Origin: Nemertoderma westbladi
Lineage: Eukaryota > Animalia > Xenacoelomorpha
DNA length: 52,821 nucleotides
Assembly: GCA_032718475.1 (NCBI GenBank)
Contig: JAUCBJ010008698.1
Location: 1 to 52,821, forward strand
Direction of reading: 5' to 3'
The position numbers and the translations under genes were made by a program. Positions 49,904 to 52,821 of this stretch are shown here, one piece after another. Positions within the stretch are counted from its first letter, which is position 1. The number at the start of each line of letters is the position of its first letter. A model generated the notes under the pieces. That model was not told the DNA's origin and made no database searches. It saw nothing but the letters and a program-made list of their open reading frames with translations.

Positions 49904-50707
49904 TCAATCAATTCGTATAAAATGAAGCGTCAATATTGAATTTCCATAATGAAAGCGCAACAAATTTCCGGAATCTCCAATCAATCGAACTCGTATATAA
50001 CGTAAATTAGATGTTGAATTAACTTTTTTATAGTAGACTTCCTCAACTTCACGACTAATAATTTGCCCATATTCCCCTTCTATGGGTATGCTACGCAACA
50101 GAGGGTATTCGCTATTGTCTACAAATTGAGGTTCGACGCAATTGATATGTATATTTATGTTGGGTTCCAGTATTTCGACAGCATTAGGATGCTTATGGCA
50201 GTCGTACTTATTATTCCGCGAATCAATCCTTAGCAAGTGATAATCCCCCGCAGCATTTTGCACACACATAAAACCTTTGCCATCAACCTCGTGTTCTGTT
50301 AATCCTAGGTAACCACCCAAACGTTTACTGACAAATATCGACAACTGTTTACCTTTAAAATGTATGGTTATATTACCAGAGCGTGCTGTATTATCAATTA
50401 TATTAATTTGGCCTTTAATAAGGCTTTTGTTGAAGTACTCAATGATCCTTTCCAATGATAGGAAAGATCCTTCGGGGAGAGTAACATCTCTTGTAAACAT
50501 TTTTTTATTTTTTATGGCCTTTATATAAATGTCGCTATTGTCATACCTGATACTAGATACGTACGTTATACCGGTTAAACCTATTAACCATTGCCCTTTA
50601 GCGAAAGGTAAAGGAATTTGCAAATTTGTTTGGAAATCGCCGGCGCTATTACGCGGGAATTCTATGGGGTTTGCGTTTGAGGGTAGTACAACGTAATAAC
50701 TGTTCAT
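49904..50707 (-). CDS. Minor capsid (penton-like) protein 2
   Basis: YYVVLPSN…FP.N..GDF…L..P…W.IGL..I.Y; C-terminal VEPQ.V…PLLR.I…YY….I.V.L….G….F..G…LTLHF. Confidence 0.88.
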   Translation of the reverse strand: MNSYYVVLPSNANPIEFPRNSAGDFQTNLQIPLPFAKGQWLIGLTGITYVSSIRYDNSDIYIKAIKNKKMFTRDVTLPEGSFLSLERIIEYFNKSLIKGQINIIDNTARSGNITIHFKGKQLSIFVSKRLGGYLGLTEHEVDGKGFMCVQNAAGDYHLLRIDSRNNKYDCHKHPNAVEILEPNINIHINCVEPQFVDNSEYPLLRSIPIEGEYGQIISREVEEVYYKKVNSTSNLRYIRVRLIGDSGNLLRFHYGNSILTLHFIRID

Positions 50708-51588
50708 TCTTGTAGTTTTTGTCGCCGTTGTTGTTTTTTGAGTTCTAGAACTAAAATTGTTTTACCTCCATGAAAGACTATATGCTTTCCTTTATGGTCG
50801 CGAAGCGTTATACTAATTGTGTCGAGCACTTTTTTATTTCTTAATTGTTTGTAATGTGTGTTTTTGAATTCCAGGTTGATGAATGAGTATGGTTCCCATT
50901 TCAAAGGGATTATCCGCAAAAGAGGCGCCATCGAATGTCCTACGTGAGAAGATTCAATCATATCTGTATATATAAACATTGTGTGTCTATCCCTCGTTAT
51001 ATCGCAAGGTTCGGGGAATTCAACTCCATCCGCTTTGTTTGTATCTTTACAGCCTAAGTTCAATAAACCATCATCTTTGTTATAGTGTATTGCCCAAAGC
51101 GCCCCAAGACCCATTAAATTATTTTTTAAACTCGATAACCCGAAAATATTTATTATATCTCCATAGAATTGGAAATAGCGGCCTTTCTCACAATGTAGAC
51201 GAATTTTTGATGTATGTTTTTGGTAGTTAAACTTAACATCTTTGAAACCGTGGTGGGATATTGCGGGATTTTTCAAATAAACACTAATATGGTTTAAAAT
51301 TGACTCAATAGAAGCATATAGACCAAGATTAAAATCGATTTCTATAAGATTGTATGGAGCTATATGAAATTCCAAATCCTCATCAACCATATATTCACCA
51401 ATTCTAATTCCAGATCTTTGTTCAATATTTCTATAGGTCGACACATACTGTATTTCCTTTAGACCCACGACCCAATCTGTGCTGACGGGGATAGGTTTGG
51501 ACAACTCAATCGTGAAATCGCTGGGAGTGTTATCAGGATATTTATCTAGACTGGCGTTGGAAGTCAACGTTAAATGTAAGTAATCCAT
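50704..51588 (-). CDS. Minor capsid (penton-like) protein 1
   Basis: LTLTSNAS…YPDNT.SDF…L..PI…W.VGL.EI.Y; MFIYTD.IE…VG…APLLRII…HY…I.I.LRD..G..I.F..G. Confidence 0.9.
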   Translation of the reverse strand: MDYLHLTLTSNASLDKYPDNTPSDFTIELSKPIPVSTDWVVGLKEIQYVSTYRNIEQRSGIRIGEYMVDEDLEFHIAPYNLIEIDFNLGLYASIESILNHISVYLKNPAISHHGFKDVKFNYQKHTSKIRLHCEKGRYFQFYGDIINIFGLSSLKNNLMGLGALWAIHYNKDDGLLNLGCKDTNKADGVEFPEPCDITRDRHTMFIYTDMIESSHVGHSMAPLLRIIPLKWEPYSFINLEFKNTHYKQLRNKKVLDTISITLRDHKGKHIVFHGGKTILVLELKKQQRRQKLQE

Positions 51589-51602
51589 AATAATATAATT
51601 AA

Positions 51603-52688
51603 TTATTGTACGTGATCAACCCACCGATGTGCCGCAAAACCAACAAATTTAACCAAATATTGCTTTTTGCCGCTTTTATTTACTTTTTCTTTAATTATTT
51701 TTTCAATTGGTAGGAATTGAAATGGTTCTATTACCTTTTGGATTTCATGCCGATAAAATGTCCCCTTTATAACGCGCCCATTCGAGTCCGCAACTTCGTA
51801 CATAGGGTACGGCTCTCGATCCAATCTTATTCTGTAAATTTTGAAAATTTCTACAGTATAATTAGGTGTATAACCTTTGTCAAATGGCTTTCTAGCTAAA
51901 CTCAGCCGCACCTTATCACCAACCTTGAAATGAACTCGACGCTGCGCACGGCGTTTTCTTTTATTGGGATGACCCACACTCCCATATAGTTTTAAAAATA
52001 GGTCAGTTTCATTCTTTTTATTGACAGAGTTTGGCGCCATACCAATGGTTCTATGTATTGAATTATTATATGCAACCAATATTTTTGGCAATATACCCAT
52101 CCATTCTCTATTCTGTTTCCTCGTGAAAATTCTGTACATGCGAGATTTGAGGGTGCGATTCAGCCTTTCACAGATACTAGCTTTAAATTGGCTAACTAAA
52201 GTATAAAAATGAACATTATTGTTCAGTAAGAAATCTTTCACCAATTTATTAACAAACTCAGTTCCTTGATCAACCGCTAGCCGTTTAGGTTTTCTATCTT
52301 CAAATATCGCGGCTAGGGCCCTTTTAATTTCGACCCCTGTTTTACGTTTTAGACCCAACGCCCACGCCTTCCGACTAAAACAGTCAATACAAGTAAGTAT
52401 GTAACCGTAGCCATTATTCTCACCCCTAAAAGGTTGCATATCGCACAAATCCGCTTGGTATAGATCACCAATACCGCTCGTGAAGATTTTTGATGTCGGG
52501 TAATGGCGCCTAGCCGGCGCGTGTAGGGAATACGTTCGTTGGGAGCTCAACCATTCTTTTGCGCGATTTCTCGTAACTTTAGCGGCTTTCGCTAGTTTGG
52601 TTACGCTCGCGAAACCGGCAGCATTTGAAACATCGTAATATATTCTTCCCAGTCGTTTGTTTGTTCGATTTTCTACGATTCTCCCCAT
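51603..52688 (-). CDS. Maverick retroviral-like DDE integrase with C-terminal chromodomain
   Basis: QADLCD, IDCFSR, VDQGTEF, ICERLNRTLK (intact DDE); FKVGDKVR…FY..E.QKV; IEKII…YLVKFVGF…W chromodomain-like end. Confidence 0.95.
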   Translation of the reverse strand: MGRIVENRTNKRLGRIYYDVSNAAGFASVTKLAKAAKVTRNRAKEWLSSQRTYSLHAPARRHYPTSKIFTSGIGDLYQADLCDMQPFRGENNGYGYILTCIDCFSRKAWALGLKRKTGVEIKRALAAIFEDRKPKRLAVDQGTEFVNKLVKDFLLNNNVHFYTLVSQFKASICERLNRTLKSRMYRIFTRKQNREWMGILPKILVAYNNSIHRTIGMAPNSVNKKNETDLFLKLYGSVGHPNKRKRRAQRRVHFKVGDKVRLSLARKPFDKGYTPNYTVEIFKIYRIRLDREPYPMYEVADSNGRVIKGTFYRHEIQKVIEPFQFLPIEKIIKEKVNKSGKKQYLVKFVGFAAHRWVDHVQ

Positions 52689-52821
52689 CGGTTGTGTCGT
52701 GTCGTGGAAGAAAACACTTGCAATGACAGTTAATACTTAATATGAAACGTTCAAAAAACATACTACTACTACTATTTTAATGTTATCCTGCGCTTTGTTT
52801 CCACACGTCGATTTATTGTAG

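Larger units (their letters stand above)
44917..52821 (-). mobile_element. Maverick/Polinton endogenous virus (one arm; probably continues beyond the window)
   Basis: AGTAGTAG terminus at 44917 (candidate 6-bp TSD AGTGGG), subterminal repeats, tightly packed co-oriented integrase, penton-like, major capsid and adenain ORFs, all open. Confidence 0.93.

Noticed and set aside
46782-52206. Short plus-strand ORFs within the Maverick
   Set aside because: Antisense shadows of conserved viral genes.

Overview
AT-rich, repeat-dense eukaryotic (probably invertebrate animal) genomic DNA. (1) A ZDHHC3/7-like palmitoyltransferase gene on + with four coding exons (6676-39109, about 308 aa) and a 30.8-kb intron. 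(2) Inside that intron: a ~12-kb 46-bp tandem satellite split by a 2.2-kb hAT-like foldback transposon (8-bp TSD), an antisense gene with an uninterrupted EMSY-like (ENT domain) CDS, and many MITEs, LINE ends and tRNA-derived repeats. (3) Upstream, a Penelope-like palindromic insertion carrying two minimal hammerhead ribozyme cores. (4) From ~44917 to the window end, one arm of an apparently intact Maverick/Polinton endogenous virus: integrase, two tandem penton-like genes, a candidate Maelstrom-like nuclease-fold gene, a basic core-like protein, major capsid, adenain protease, small ORFs (one possibly spliced) and subterminal repeats. pPolB and the packaging ATPase are not in the window. All family assignments come from motif recognition by eye, without database searches.
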